From Chiloscyllium plagiosum (Eukaryota): a stretch of DNA of 64,000 bases. The translations under genes and the position numbers were made by a program. Below are positions 26,290 through 39,765 of the stretch, in pieces. The stretch is taken from positions 50,860,048 through 50,924,047 of the forward strand of contig NC_057728.1 in the NCBI RefSeq assembly GCF_004010195.1, in the 5' to 3' direction. Within the stretch, counting starts at the first letter, position 1. Every line of letters begins with the position of its first letter. The notes below the pieces were generated by a model. That model saw nothing but the letters and a program-made list of their open reading frames with translations, was not told the origin of the DNA and made no database searches.

Positions 26290-27740
26290 ACTGGGAGGAT
26301 TTGTACAAATACTTTGCATCAATCTTCATGGCTGAAGACACTAATAGCATTCCAAAAATGATAAATAATTAAGGAGCAAAAGGGGGATAGGAAATAAATA
26401 TAATAGTTATCACTGAAGAAAATGTACAAGGGAAACTAATGGGACAAAAGGCCAAAAAATCCCCTGGACCTGATGGAATGCATCAATATTTTTAAAAGTA
26501 GCGACAAAAATAGTGAATGCACCGGTAATAATCTTCCAAGAATTCTTAGATTCTGGAAAAGTCTCAGAAGTCTGGAAAACTGCCAATTATTTAAAGAGGG
26601 AAAGAGCTGAACATCTGTTTTTGGGAAATGTCAGTCTGTTATAAAGGATGTGATAGCAGAGCATTTAGAAATACATGATATAATCCAGCACTGTCAGCAT
26701 GGCTTCATGAAGGGAAAATCATGCCTGACAAATTTATTAGAAATCCTTGAGGAGATAGCAAGCAAGATAGATAAAGAGAAGCAGTGGATGCAATATGTTC
26801 AGATTTCCGGAAGGCATTTGATAAGGCACCACGTGTTAGAATACTTAATAAGAGCCCTTGGTATTGGGGAGAAAGGATTGGATAATTAATAGAAGACAGA
26901 GAGTTGGGATAAGGAGAAGATTTTCAGGATGGAACCTGTGACTAGTGGTGTGCCACAGGGATCTGTACTTGTGCCACAGTTATTTACTCTAAATATTGGT
27001 AAAGTGAATGGACAAAAACTTGCAAGATGGAATATAATGTGGAAAAGATGAAGTAATGTGTTTTGGGAGGAAGAATAGAGAACCTGAATTTTATTCAAAT
27101 AGAGAAAGATTGCAGAAAGCCAAGCCACAGGGATTTTGGAGTCCTCATGCATAAGTCTCAAAGAGCAAGCATCTAAATTCAGTAATTAATAGGAAGGCGA
27201 ATGGAATGTTGACTTTGATTTCATAAGGAATTGAGTATTAGCACAAATAATGTTAAAAAAGGAAATTCTTATTAAAGTAATGCAAGGCACAAGTTAGACC
27301 ATACTTGAGTACTGTGAACAGTTTTGGACCCCAGATCTCAAGAAAGATAGTGGCATTGGAAGCAATGCAGGTAAGATTCAGTTCATTGATCCTGGGTAGG
27401 GAGGGATTTTCTTCTGAGGAGAAGTTGAGTAGATTGTGCTTATACCCATTGAACGTTGGAAGAATTTGAGGTGACCTTATTGAAACATACAAGATTCTTA
27501 GGCGGGGTTGATAGGGTAGATGCAGAGATTATTTCCCCTTGTGGAAAACTCGAGGATGAGAGGGCATCTCTGAGAAAGGGGCTGCCATTTATCACAGAGA
27601 CAAGGAGGATTTATTTTTCCTCAGAGTGGAGTCAATCCATGGAATTTGTTACTGCTTAGCTGGTTCATTAAGTGTAATTAAGGCTGAATTTTCTTTTGTA
27701 ATTAGTGAGTAGTTCAAAAGCTGTGGGATAATACAGGAAA
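26290..27740 (+). mobile_element. Degenerate CR1 RT region
   Basis: SPGPDG, QHGFMKGKSCLTNLLE and GVPQGSVL motifs. Confidence 0.8.
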
Positions 27741-28009
27741 ATGAAGGTGAGAATTAGGGATTCCAGTGTATTCTTCAGAACTGATGTCAAGCTACGTATT
27801 CCTTGTTTTCAATTCTCCCCCTTTCACTACCTTCCAATTCAGTGGGATCACCGGAGAATTTTGGAAGATTACAACTGATAGCAAAGGAACAGAGAATATT
27901 GAGCTTGTTCTGCCATTCAATACTGCCACAATTGAGGACTTCAATGGATCCATAATCTCTGTTGATAATTCTTTTGGCATACTAGTGAGTCATCAGGACT
28001 ATGGGATTT

Positions 28010-28650
28010 AGAGTTATAGAGTCATAGAGTCATAGAGATGTACAGCATGGAAACGGACCCTTCGGACCAACCCGTCCATGCCAACCAGATATCCCAACCC
28101 AATCTAGTCCCACCTGCCAGCACCCGGGCCATATCCCTCCAAACCCTTCCCATTCATATACCCATCCAAATGCCTCTTAAATGTTGCAATTGTACCAGCC
28201 TCCACCACACATGCCCCTCATAATTTTGTAAACCTCTATAAGGTCACCCCTCAGCCTCCGACGCTCCAGGGAAAACAGCCCCAGCCTGTTCAGCCTCTCC
28301 CTATAGCTCAGATCCTCCAATCCTGGCAACATCCTTGTAAATCTTTTCTGAACCCTTTCAAGTTTCACAATATCTTTCTGATAGGAAGGAGACCAGAATT
28401 GCATGCAATATTCCAACAGTGGCCTAACCAATGTCCTGTACAGCCACAACATGAGTCATCCAGTCATATAATACGGTCCAGACAGTCCATGCCAACCATA
28501 ATCCTAAACTAAACTAGTCCCATCTGCCTGTGGTTGGCTCATATCCCTCCAAACAATTCTTATTCATGTTTTATCCAAATGTCTTTTAAATGTTGGAACT
28601 GTACCTGCATCCACCACTTCCTCTGGTAGTTCATTCCACACACAAACACT
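28010..28650 (-). mobile_element. Two adjacent CR1 3' fragments (the first has an internal deletion at ~28210)
   Basis: LERVQKRFTRMLPGLEDLSYRERLNRLGLFSLERRRLRGDLIEVYK plus tails. Confidence 0.85.
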
Positions 28651-29627
28651 TACTGCTCCAGTATATTTCCACTGCTGAGGTTAGTTAAATTCCTCCCATT
28701 GTCTCTGTCATTAGACCCTTGGCTTCCCACTGTTTCTGGCATGGTTTCTATGTTTTGTGCTGTGAAGACAGATATAAAATACTTGTTTAATTTCTCATTG
28801 AATCTTATTCCCCAGTATAATTTCTCCTATTTCAGCTTCTGGGGGATTAACACCTTTTTTTTTGCTACTCTTTTCCTTTTTATATAGTAATGAACTCTAT
28901 TACATTACAGTATTTATATTTCTTGCTAGTTTGCTGTCATAGTTCCAGCTCCCACTTACACCTGGCTGTACCCCATAGAGAGTGTGGTTTGCCTGTTTAA
29001 CATTTTCATTTTATTACCAGCGGTTGTCTTGAGATGCTTGAGATCGCAGGACAGATAATTCAGCAACTGATTGTTTTATTTATGATGCAGTGAATTTTTA
29101 TGGCGATGAATCTTGGATAAATATTATCATTATGCCTACATATCCCAGCTGCAAAATGATAACCATCCCCAACACAAACCTACATAATGGAGCTCTAATT
29201 GGCCGTGGCATCCAAAGTCTTGTGAAGGGAACCAGCAAGTTCCATATTTCCACGAGCCTTTTGTGTGATGCCCTTATAAGCAATTTTTAAATAATAGTGC
29301 TTCTTAGAACTAATTAACTGCTGTGGGAGATTCATTAATCTAAGCCGTCTCTTGGAAATTCAAACCAATATTTCTCCATCAGGAGTTTCAAACTGATCCC
29401 TTTTTGTCAGTGTTCTTTTTGGTTTGAATAAAGCAGTTTTTGTTTTAGAAATATATTCTGAGAAAGCAACATTGGGATCTCCCTTTACATTGAAAATTTA
29501 AATTTGAAAAGGAATTATCAGCCACTTTCAACCTGAGGCTGACACTCGACGATTCCTATTTGCAGCTCACAATCATATCAGGACAGGTTTGTGGAAGTAT
29601 TGTAGCTGTATTTGCTGCACTTGCTGT

Positions 29628-29758
29628 ATTCCTGATGAAGGGCTTATGCCCAAAACGCCGACTCTCCTGCTCCTCGGATGCTGCCTGACCTGCTGTGCTT
29701 TTCCAGCGCCATACTTTTTGACTCTGATCTGCAGCATCTGAAGTCCTCACTTTCTCCT
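29628..29758 (+). mobile_element. Solo Penelope terminus with a hammerhead-like core
   Basis: CTGATGA-AGGGCTTATGCCC-AAAAC (G12 mutated), ending ...gtcctcactttctcc. Confidence 0.75.
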
Positions 29759-30529
29759 ACTTTAGGAAGAGTGTCAGGTGGAGGGTATGTGGCATACACC
29801 AGTTGTGAGATAAGAGATTAAAATACTTCAGCACTAGGGAGAGACTCAAGAAATAGGAAATGTTTTCATTAGAAGAGAGAGAGTCAATTGGACATCCAAT
29901 AGAAGGATTCAAAGTTTGAAGGATTTTGATAGACAATTAGGGGAGATATTTTTGCTTGTTGGAAAATTGCTTCGGATATAAAATAGGATCTTCACCAAAC
30001 GTACAAAGGGAGGTGCCTGGGGATTTGTTTCCCGTGTTCTTTGAGGGCAGACATTCTGTAATGGCAATGTTTTACAGAGGAACAAGCACGAGGAAAGTTG
30101 CATTGGTTGTGAGTAATCTCTGAATTTACATCCACCTGAATGAACGGGTACTCATGATCTAGTGTATCACCTGAAAGGCAGTGCCTCTCACATTCAAGGC
30201 AGCAGTGGAGTGGCTTCCTTGAAACAATGACTTTCTGACTCGGAGTGAATGAGTCACCCACAAGGCCAGGTTGACATCATGCTTCAAATGTAGTTGACTC
30301 TTAACTTCCCTCCAAAAAGGCCTGGCAAACCACTCAGTTGTATCAAACCATGAAGAAATGTGAGAAGAGGAATGAAATTATACACATGACCCAGCATTGA
30401 CTGGAAATGGTGATCCCAGCCCCGTTGACCCTGTAAAGTCCACCTGACTCATATCTTATGTGCTAAATTTTGGACAGCTGTACTACAAACAGAGTTAGCG
30501 ATTCTGTGATAATAATAATCAAGTCTTAA

Positions 30530-30960
30530 AGTTTTACAGCATGGAAAGAAGCCCTTCTGCTCGTCCTATCTATGCCAGTCATCAAGAATCTACTACTTCT
30601 GATCCAAGTTTCCAACAGTTGGCCCATAGTGTTATATGCTGTAGCATTACAAGTGCTCATCTAAATAACTATGAAATGTCTTGATCATATCTGCCTCGAT
30701 CACGCTTTTAGACAGTGAGTTCCAGATAGTCAGTGTCCTCTGGGTGAAAACTTTTTCCCTCAAATCCTCTTTAAGCCACGTGCTCCCTACCTTAAAAATG
30801 TGGCCCTCTGGTAAATGACCCCTCTGCCAAGGGGAAATGTTCTTCCCATCTACTCTATCCATGTCCCTCAGAATTTTGTACACCTCAATCAGACCTCCCC
30901 TTCAGCTTTCTCTGCTATAAGGAAAACAACCCCGGCCTATCGTGTCTGTCTTCATAGGCT
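30530..30960 (-). mobile_element. CR1 3' fragment
   Basis: MYKILRDMDRVD...FTQRTLTIWNSL. Confidence 0.75.
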
Positions 30961-33316
30961 GAGTTGATTGTAAAGAGGAATGCGAATACAAAAAGAGGAA
31001 AGCTACACTGATCCATTTACAAACCCCTGGTCAGGCCTCAGCTGGAGTGTTGTCCAATTCAGAAACTACACAATAGGAGCATGCTCAGGCCTTGGAGAGG
31101 GTGGTGAGGAAAATAGTACCAGGAATATGTGACTTTAGTTCCTAAGACACTCACCATCTCGGCTTGGAAATATATATCACCGTTCCTTCACTTCTGCTGG
31201 GTCAAATTTCCTCCTTCGAGATGCTGCAAGGTATCCCTACACCACATAGACAACAGTGATTCAAGAAGGCAGCTCACCACCAGCTTCCCAAGGGCCATTT
31301 GGAATAGGTGATACATGTTGTACCACCCAGCAACATCCCGAACTTGTGGGTGAGTAAAAGAAAAAAGCAGAATTGTTCTCTTTAAAGTGGAGAAGATTAA
31401 GTGGAGGTCAAATGCATAAATGTAAGAGATAGGACCTAGGGTAAGCCAGACTGCCCTTGAAACTTCAGTGCCTCTGATGGCTGCAACTCCATTTTCCCAT
31501 CCAGTCTGCATATCCCAGGATTCCCTGAGAGCCCAAAAATCTGTCTGTCAGAGATAATAACAGTACAGATACACTCTAAATTATGAGAGGTGCTTTAATG
31601 ATTGAGAAACTGTTTTCTTTAGCAAATGGGTCAGTAAACTAAGGTCAGCGACTTAGTTAAATGGCAAAATAAACAATTGTGAGATGAGAAAGAATTTCTT
31701 CACATGGATAGTTGTTAAGGTATAGAACACCCAACATAAAAGCTTTTTGGGAACAGATTCCATAGGAACCTTTAGACAGCAATCGTGCGTGGATTTGTAG
31801 AGAGCTGAATTGTGGGATTATGAACAAAGTGGTAAAAATAACATCACCATAGTCTATCTCATTAGAGAGATCAACCTGGTGATGAGTTTAACCACACCAT
31901 ACCTCAGGTGAGAAAAAGAGATTGAGAAGGAGAGTCCTTTACAGTAACCTCAGCTGCTGTAGGAATTGAACCCACACTGCTGGCATCATTCTGCATTAGC
32001 ACAGTGGCTATTCGGTCAACTGAGCTAACTGACTCACTTGGGGAGGATGAGTGGGAGTAATTGGTAACCCTCTTTCAAAATACCAGCACATGGTATTTTG
32101 GACAGCAAGTAGCTTCTGTGCTTTACGATTCTACAATTCCATGACAATTTTTATAAATATGTCCTTTACTATATATGGTCCTGTTTGTAGTCAATAATTA
32201 TGAATATGAAAGGTCTTCACATATTGCTATGAGTTTGGATTCAGAGTGTCTCAGTGGGTGGCTGTGACACACATGCAGTAATTATATTTCACACACACTA
32301 TCAAACGCAAAGCTCAAATGATGCATCCAGCAATATTCCAATTTTCTGTATTTGGATTATCGTTGATGAGAGCTTTTTCTAAATCAATGCTTGTAAATAA
32401 ATGGAGAATTTTACTTCCAAAAAACACTGAATCAAACACTTCAAATGCTGGCTTTGATTTTAGTGTATTTAACCCTTTATTTAGAAGGTGCTAGTCTGTC
32501 TGAACGAGTATGTATTTTATTTAAGTTTTGAATTTCCACTCCATTGGTCCAGTCCTTGGCTGCACTCGCGTTTGGTGCACATCCTTAATTGCCCTTGACT
32601 GCAGATCTTTCCCAGCTATTTCAGAGGGTAGTTAAGAATCAACATTATTGTTGTGGATCCGGAGTCACATGTTGGCCATGTGACTCCAGATTTAGGATGG
32701 CAGATTTTCTTCCCTGAAGGACCTTAGTGAACCAGATGGGTTTATAGAAGATAGTTGCCAGAGGTTGAGATTAGCTTTCAATTCCAGGGGGTTAAATTAT
32801 AAAGGCACCATTCCCCCTGGTCTGCCATTGAGTTTCATCCTCAGTGATAGCCTGCCCACCATCTGTGACTATCCTAACTGGATATTTACCACTGATCAGC
32901 CTCTCTCAGATTAACCCAGAGATGGAACTGGGGTGGCATATCAGTACACCAACTAGTTTGTGGGAAATTTACACATTGCCCTGCAGAATTCAGCTCTATT
33001 TGGCCAAACCCAGTAATGTCCTCACCTAATATTATTACATGCTCCTCTTCCTGGCATTACAGGAGGGAGATACCCAGTCAAATTGCTTCAATAGGAATCT
33101 GCCCAGTTTAAACTTTCAGCTTGATATATTGCAGGTGAAATTTGCCACGATTTAAACTTTGAATGTATGTCCACAAATCTCTGAAGGTAACAGGATGGAT
33201 TGGTGTCAAGAAATGATAAAGAAGGGATGGGGAGGTATGTTTCTTGAATGGTTGTGTGGGGGGGTTATGTTGAACTGTTGACAATGTCATGGAGTTAATT
33301 CTGGGCATGACAGAAA

Positions 33317-33457
33317 ATCAAGATTAGAGTGGTGAGGAAAAGCTTCATCAGGCTTTCGATTTTCCTGCTCCTCGGATGCTGCCTGACCTGCTGTGTTTTT
33401 CTAGCACCACTCTAATCTTGACTCTATAATCTCCAGCATCTGCAGTACCCACCTTCA
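33317..33457 (+). mobile_element. Penelope terminus with a short inverted 5' copy
   Basis: 11-bp TSD catgacagaaa (33306-33316, 33458-33468); inverted tcaagattagagtggtg / caccactctaatcttga. Confidence 0.8.
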
Positions 33458-34345
33458 CATGACAGAAAGTACCCAATTGCACTGGAGAGCTTACAGACCA
33501 GTTATTCTCAATGGGGTTGTGGGTATCATTGGCAAGGATAGACTTTGGTGCCTATCTCCGTCGACTGAGTAGCTTCCAGCACCACTTCAGAAGGGCTCCT
33601 AGTCAACCACATTGCTGTAGGCCTGGAGTCACATAGACCAGCAGAGCAGATTTCATTCAGTAGTAAATCATTTGGGTTTTTAAGAGCATTGGAGGGTAGT
33701 TGTTATGGTTACCATCACTGAGGTTAGCTTTATTTTATAGATATTACCAAATAAATTCAAATCGCATCAACTGCAGTGATGAGATTTAAACCCATGTCCC
33801 CTGAACATTCATCTAGGCCTCTAGAGTGCTGGAGAACTATGCCAGCATCCCCTAGAGGATGTTGCTGGCTCTGCAATGAGGAAAGATTGCTTAGGCTTTC
33901 CTTGGAAACAGAGGAGGCTAGGGGGAGATTTAATTGAGGTGTATAAAATTATGAGAGGCTTTTCCCTTATCGGTGATGTTAACAACAAGTATATATAGTT
34001 TTAAAGTAATTGGTAGAAGGTTGAAAAGGAGTTGATGAGACATATTTTCACCTGCCTGTAAGGGTGAGAGATACAGAAACCATCATCCTATTTTTAAAAA
34101 TACCTGAATATGCACTCAAAACACCATGGATCAAAAGGTGGAGATGCGATTTTTTGGAGAGGTTAATAGTCATGGAAGAGTTAATGTATGGGCTATGCTG
34201 AAACTCCACCCAGTCTGATATCGAACACAACCACTGAACAGAGCCTGGGATTTGTTGAACATTGGCATTTTCCACTGATGAAAACACTTGTGTCTTCCCT
34301 ACCATTTGTTAGAAATAATTAATATATCGAAGAGTTCATGTAATA

Positions 34346-34640
34346 GGGCAGCACAGTGGTTCAATGGTCAGCAGTGTTTCCTCACAGCGCCAGGGACTTG
34401 GGTTTGATTCCCGCCTCAGGTGACTGTCTGTGGAGTTTGCAATTCTCCCCGTGTCTGCATGGGTTTCCTCCCCCAGTCCAAAGATGTGCAAGTCAGGTGA
34501 ATTGGCCATGCTAAATTGCCCGTAGTGTTAGGTGCGTTAGTCAGAGGGAAATGGGTCTGGGTGGGTTACTCTTCAGAGGGTCAGTGTGGACTAGTTGGGC
34601 CGAAGGGCCTGGTTCCACACTGTAGGGAATCTGATCTAAT
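34346..34640 (+). mobile_element. HE1-type SINE
   Basis: Degenerate A/B boxes, conserved core and tail ...ctgtagggaatct. Confidence 0.85.
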
Positions 34641-35156
34641 TTGATTTCAGTTATAAGATGTAATAAACCTTTCTCAACTATAAGCCACTAGTGATTGGTA
34701 CCCAGGCACCTCAACACTATTATAACAGGATGAACTGGAATAGCTGCCTTCTTGACCAGTAAAGACAGCATAGGCTGAATGGCCTTTGTGTTGTAAGGTT
34801 CATTTGGTTTTATCCTTTAGTTTGAAATCAAAATATCTATAAATCTGACTACAATTTATCAATCCACAGGTAAGAATTTTAATGTAGTAACTATTATATT
34901 TTATAAGGAATGAGTATTAATTCCATAGAGGCCATCCTGTGTTATAAGGTGCACATTATCTGACCAGATTAAGATTGCCTTTACACTACAATTTTTATGA
35001 CCATAAGACTTCCCAAGGCACTTCACAGTGAATGAGTTATTTTTAACAAGGGGAATATGGCAGTCAATTTGCACACAGGTGGCTCCCACAACACGACAGT
35101 GTGATAATGACCATATTATCCATTTAACGGTGTTGACTCAGTTTTTAAACTCAGTT

Positions 35157-35253
35157 TTTAAAGTGTCCTCTCTAGATTGACATGTTACAATACTTACAAT
35201 GAATGCAATCATTGTAAGTATTGTACATGTCAATCTAGAGAGGACACTTTAAA
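35157..35253. repeat. 97-bp near-perfect palindrome
   Basis: Arms 35157-35202 and 35209-35253 are reverse complements except for one extra T. Confidence 0.95.
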
Positions 35254-35490
35254 TTAGAATTGGTTCTGTGAAGACCATCACTGCCTGCAGATTTGGATAC
35301 CCTATTTCAGAAAAAGTGTTTCATTGATAGAGAGGGTTTTCATTTACAGGAATGTGGCAGCAATTTGTATAGCTCATTTAACACCATGAAACAGCCCAAG
35401 GCATTTCATCAAAATATTATTAAACAAAGTTAGAGTAAAACGTTCTCAGTTATTGATGCAGGCAGACATTCAGTTATTGGGAATACAGGA

Positions 35491-35719
35491 TAGTATCTAC
35501 ATTAGAGTGGTGCTGGAAAAGCACAGACAGTCAGGCAGCATCTGAGGAGCAGGAAAATCGATGTTTCTGGCAAAAGCCAAGCCTTCATTCCTGATGAAGG
35601 GCTTTTGCCCGAAATGTCAATTTTCCGGCTCCTCGGATGCTGCCTGACCGGCTGTACTTTTCCAGCACCACTCTAATGTAGACTCTGATTTCCAGCATCT
35701 GCAGTACTCATCTTTGCCT
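35491..35719 (+). mobile_element. Fold-back Penelope terminus pair with a hammerhead-like core
   Basis: Inverted arms span 35496-35682; CTGATGA at 35591, GAAA at 35611; TSD atacagga (35483-35490, 35720-35727). Confidence 0.8.
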
Positions 35720-36470
35720 ATACAGGACAACATGTTCAGTTACTGGGGACAGAATGTTCCATTACTGGGTTAATGGGACTGAATGTTCATTTATTGGGAT
35801 GCTGAGAAGTGTTAAACTGTTAACTCCATATTTTATTGGAATGATGTGTGAGAAAAGATGAAACGAGGAAAGTAAGTGGAGATATGGTTAGAAAGGTTTT
35901 AAATTTGGAATGATATGGGCAGGCTGGACCCAAGTACAATTTTCTATCCCGTTCAAAATTTAAACACAAGGAATCGCACTTCAAATGAAAGGTAACAAAA
36001 GCAAAAAGAAAAACATAGGCAAATCCTTTTTTACTATAAGTATAGTGTATGTAGAACAGAGTACAGGAACACGGAAGTGGTGGGATGCATCGATTAACCT
36101 TAACCATGGATTCATGTTAATTAGAAGTACAGCAAATGCAAACTCTCAATAGGAGGGTTAGATGGGCTGAAGTTATGGGTAGGAGGCTTAGAAGAGGTAA
36201 AGGGAATATTTAGATAGGACTGAAGACCTCTTGTCTTAAACAATTACCATGGAGCTCCATTGCATGCAGGAAGAAAGGGAAATTGAAGTTGAATAGTTAA
36301 CTAATCCAAAAGTTACAAAACTGATAACTATTTTAATAAGTCTGTTGCTAACTGGGATAAAGAACAATATTAGGGGACATCCATTTCATCAAAATGGGAA
36401 CATTTCTTGTTGGTTCTGTTTGAATAATGTGTTGATTTGTGATGTTCCTTTGTCTGTGTTTCAGTGAAAG

Positions 36471-36560
36471 ATGATGACAGAAAAATGCAAAGAGGATTCA
36501 GAAGACTGTCTAACCATCTGCTTAAAGTACCTGCTGTTTGTTTATAATTTCTTCTTCTGG
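36471..36560 (+). CDS. TSPAN11: Tetraspanin-11-like, first coding exon (exon begins at 36465)
   Basis: Acceptor tgtgtttCAG ending at 36464, in-frame TGA just upstream of the ATG, MMTEKCKEDSEDCLTICLKYLLFVYNFFFW, donor TGG|GTAAGT. Carries the tetraspanin TM1 signature LKYLLF.N..FW. Confidence 0.92.
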
Positions 36561-36810
36561 GTAAGTGTGCTGATAATTGCTGAACATTGCTGAGTAAGGT
36601 GGCTGGACATATTCTATGAAATGTCTGTAATACAGTGAGAATGAAGAAGTTAATGATGATGATGTACATGAAGCTGTAACTCTGACGTTGACATTGAGCC
36701 TTAAAGTGCAGAAGACTACCTGAGAGCTATTAGCAGTGTTCGGTGCATTCAAGTGTAAATAAAAAGAGCATTGGAACTCCTGAAAGTCAGACAATAGTCA
36801 TTGGTAGGTA

Positions 36811-37150
36811 AGGAGAGGTGGTGGCATGGTTTGTAATCCAGTGACCCAGGCTAATGTCTCTGGCGGCAAGAGTTCAAGTCCCATCATGACAGCTGCTGCA
36901 GGTTTTATTTCAGATTCAATTAATAAATCTGGAATTGAACGTTAGTCTGAGTAACATTGGTGTGGCAAATATCATCGATCAAGCAGTCTGGTTCACCAAT
37001 TTCCTATAGGGAAGGAAATCTGTGGTCCTTACCTGGTCTGGCTTACAGGTGACTCCAAACCTAAAGCAATACAGTGAACTGTTAATTGCTCAGTTCCAGG
37101 CTAGTTAAGGATGGACAATAACCACTGACCTCGCCAGTGACATCCACAAC
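36811..37150 (+). mobile_element. Second tRNA-like SINE family (core gggaaggaaatctg...ggtctggc...gtgactcc)
   Basis: B-box-like GAGTTCAAGTCC. Same core as 51967-52345, 56636-56990 and several minus-strand copies (~19825, 32550, 33510, 42180, 48245). Confidence 0.7.
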
Positions 37151-37699
37151 CATCAAAACAAAAAGGAGAAAACCGAAAGAACTATGGGTGTTGTAAATCA
37201 GGACCAAAAAGCAGAAATTGCTGGAAAAGCTCAGCAAGTCTGGTGACCCAGAATGTTAACTCTGATTTTTCTTCACAGATGCTGCCAGACCTGCTGAGCT
37301 TCTCCAGCAATTTCGATAGCGTAAACTAACAACCATCTTCTAAGGTGCTGCTCGGATGTTGTAAAGGTGGAGAGACCAGGGGCCTGGAATGGTACTGAGG
37401 AAGAACATTGCTTTCGCTCCTTTTCAGCAGGAAGACTTGAGACGTAAAAGCACCAGATTTGGGTGTGAGATAATTAATAGGGTTTGTTATTCAAAGACAT
37501 ATGGTGCTGAAGAAATGATTCATATAGAAGGCAGACAGATGGAGGCACGGGAATGCTCAAGGTATTAAATGAGTATTTTGCATCTGCCCGCAGTACCAAA
37601 AATGCTACAGTCAATATCACAGTAAAGAAAAGGAGGCAGTAACGATATTGGATTGAAAAAGAATAGAAAAAGGAAAACCTGAATATTGCTGAAGAAAGA

Positions 37700-38215
37700 G
37701 AGAAAAAGACACGTTACTGAGTCTTTTCATCCTGCACTCATCCAAGACAAATGCAACAATGTCAAATTTCAAATAATCACAACAATTTATACCAAAAGAG
37801 AAAGACTGCTCACGGGTTAAGCAAGTTAACTATGGCGGATGGCAACAACCATGGGAAACTATTGGCTCCCCAAGCTCCTGGGTAATTCACAAATGAAGCA
37901 ACATGTTCATTTTATTTTGAGCGAATGGGTCACTGTACGTGTCGCATGCAATGCACTCATGATTGTTCAGCAAGTGCTTCCCAATCACAGAATCACACTT
38001 ATTGTAGACGTGTTGTCTTGACTTTTTCAAGTGTGGGCTGGTTGAGTATGTTTAGTACTCTGCCTGTAACAAACTACTCAAGGAACATGATGTTTCACTC
38101 AACCAGCCAATCGTTGGGACGTACAGCCTATGCACCTAGTGTTTCACTCCTTCTGAAATCCATATCAATCGTGTGGTAGGCAGAAAATCTCTTTTTCTTG
38201 GATTAACAGCAGCAT
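37700..38215 (-). mobile_element. Penelope-like element remnant (GIY-YIG region plus terminus)
   Basis: Minus strand encodes a CIGCTSQRLA...KHHVP-like segment; the terminus resembles 4700-4740. Confidence 0.6.
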
Positions 38216-39001
38216 CCGGTTAGCAGAAAATACAACCCATGTAGCCAATGCAGGGCAGCTCACTTAACCTATTGCTCAAATATTTGAGACACTTTATCTG
38301 TCCTGGATACTTTCAGCTACTAGATGTTTTTCAGGTGCAACTGTGGTTGACAGGAAGTTACTTAATGCCAGTGTTCACAGGCAGAAACTTACCTGATCTG
38401 GGTGGAATGTCAGGGAGAAAAGGTAGAAAGTGGAGATGGTCAATATATTGTTCCCATCTTTTCGGGTATGGGAATGATGCAAAGAGCTAGACGTTTGCAA
38501 ATTTTATAGCCTTATTTAAAGAAAAGGGGGAAATAAAACTGAGAGCTATATGCCAATCAGGCTAATACTGGTGATCGAGGAAGATTTAGAGACAATAATC
38601 TGAGAAAAAACTAGTGGTAAATTGGAAAGTATGGGCCACTAATTGGAAGTCAGAAAGTCTAAAACATGTTTGACTAATTTGACTGAATTCAACTAATTTG
38701 ACTTGATGAAGATATTGGAATTGATGTGTTGGACACGTTGGATAAAATATTATACAATTGATGTGCTAGCAAAATTAAAGCCCGCATAATAATAGGAAAA
38801 TGGCAGGGTGGTAGAGACAAGGTGGTTAAGAAGGTGTTTAGCATGTTTGCCTCCGTTACTCAGATCTTTGAGTGTAGGGGTTGGTACATTATGGTGAGGT
38901 TCTACAGGACATTGGTGAGGCCTGTTGTAGAGTACTGTGTCCAGTTCGGGTTGCCCTATTGTTGGAAGGATTCTGTTAAGCTGGAGAGGGTTCAGAAGAG
39001 A

Positions 39002-39155
39002 CAAAAAGAGAAAATGTTGGAAAATCTCAGCAGGTCTGGCAGCATCTGTAAGGAGAGAAAAGAGCTGCCGTCTCGAGTCTAACTGATCCTTTGTCAAAGC
39101 TGCATTTTCTCTTTTGGTTTCAGATTCCAGCATCCGCAGTAATTTGCTTTTATCC
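39002..39155. mobile_element. Short Penelope-type terminus insertion with partial inversion
   Basis: Perfect 15-bp TSD agggttcagaagaga (38987-39001, 39156-39170). Confidence 0.8.
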
Positions 39156-39211
39156 AGGGTTCAGAAGAGATTTACCAGGATGTTGCTGGGAATGGAAGGT
39201 TTGAGTTATAA

Positions 39212-39765
39212 GGAGAAAGTGAGGACTGCAGGTGCTGGAGATCAGAGTCAAGAATGTGGTGCTGGAAAAGCACAGCAGGTCAGGCAGCATCCGTTTGCGT
39301 TGGGAGGGGTGGGGTTCAAGGGCGGTGGTGCGTGAAGTGGAGGAGATGTGCTGGAGGCATCATCAACCACGTGGGAAGCCATGTTGTGATCGTGGAAGAA
39401 GGAGGCCACCTGGGACTTACTGAGGTGGAATTGGTCATCCTGAGAACAGACACAGTGGAGGCGGAGGAATTGGGAATAAGGGATGGCGTTTTTACAGGAG
39501 GTTGGGTGGGAGGACGTGTAGTCTAGGTCGCTGTGGGAGTCAGTGGGCTTGTAGTATATGTCTGTGGTTAGTCGGTTGCCAGAGATGTTGATGGAGAGGT
39601 CCAGGAAGGGGAGGGAAGTTGCTGAGAATTTGAGGTCAGGGTGGAAGGTGTTGGTAAAGTTGATGAACTGTTTAACCTCCTTGTGGGAACATGAGGCAGC
39701 GCTGATACAGTCACCAATGTAATGGAGGAATAGGCAGGGGGGGAGTGGTGTTAGTGTAACTGCAG
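39212..39765 (-). mobile_element. Penelope-like element: RT C-terminal fragment joined to its terminal repeat
   Basis: Minus strand encodes LFLHYIGDCI...FINFTNTFHPDLKF...LPFLDLSI...TDIYYKPTDSHSDLDYTSSHP..CKNAIPYSQFLRL. 9-bp TSD ataaggaga (39208-39216, 39766-39774). Confidence 0.85.

Noticed and set aside
35440..35800. Spaced cagtta(t/c)tggg repeats as a CRISPR-like array
   Set aside because: Short, degenerate and irregular, in eukaryotic context with no cas genes; a decayed minisatellite.
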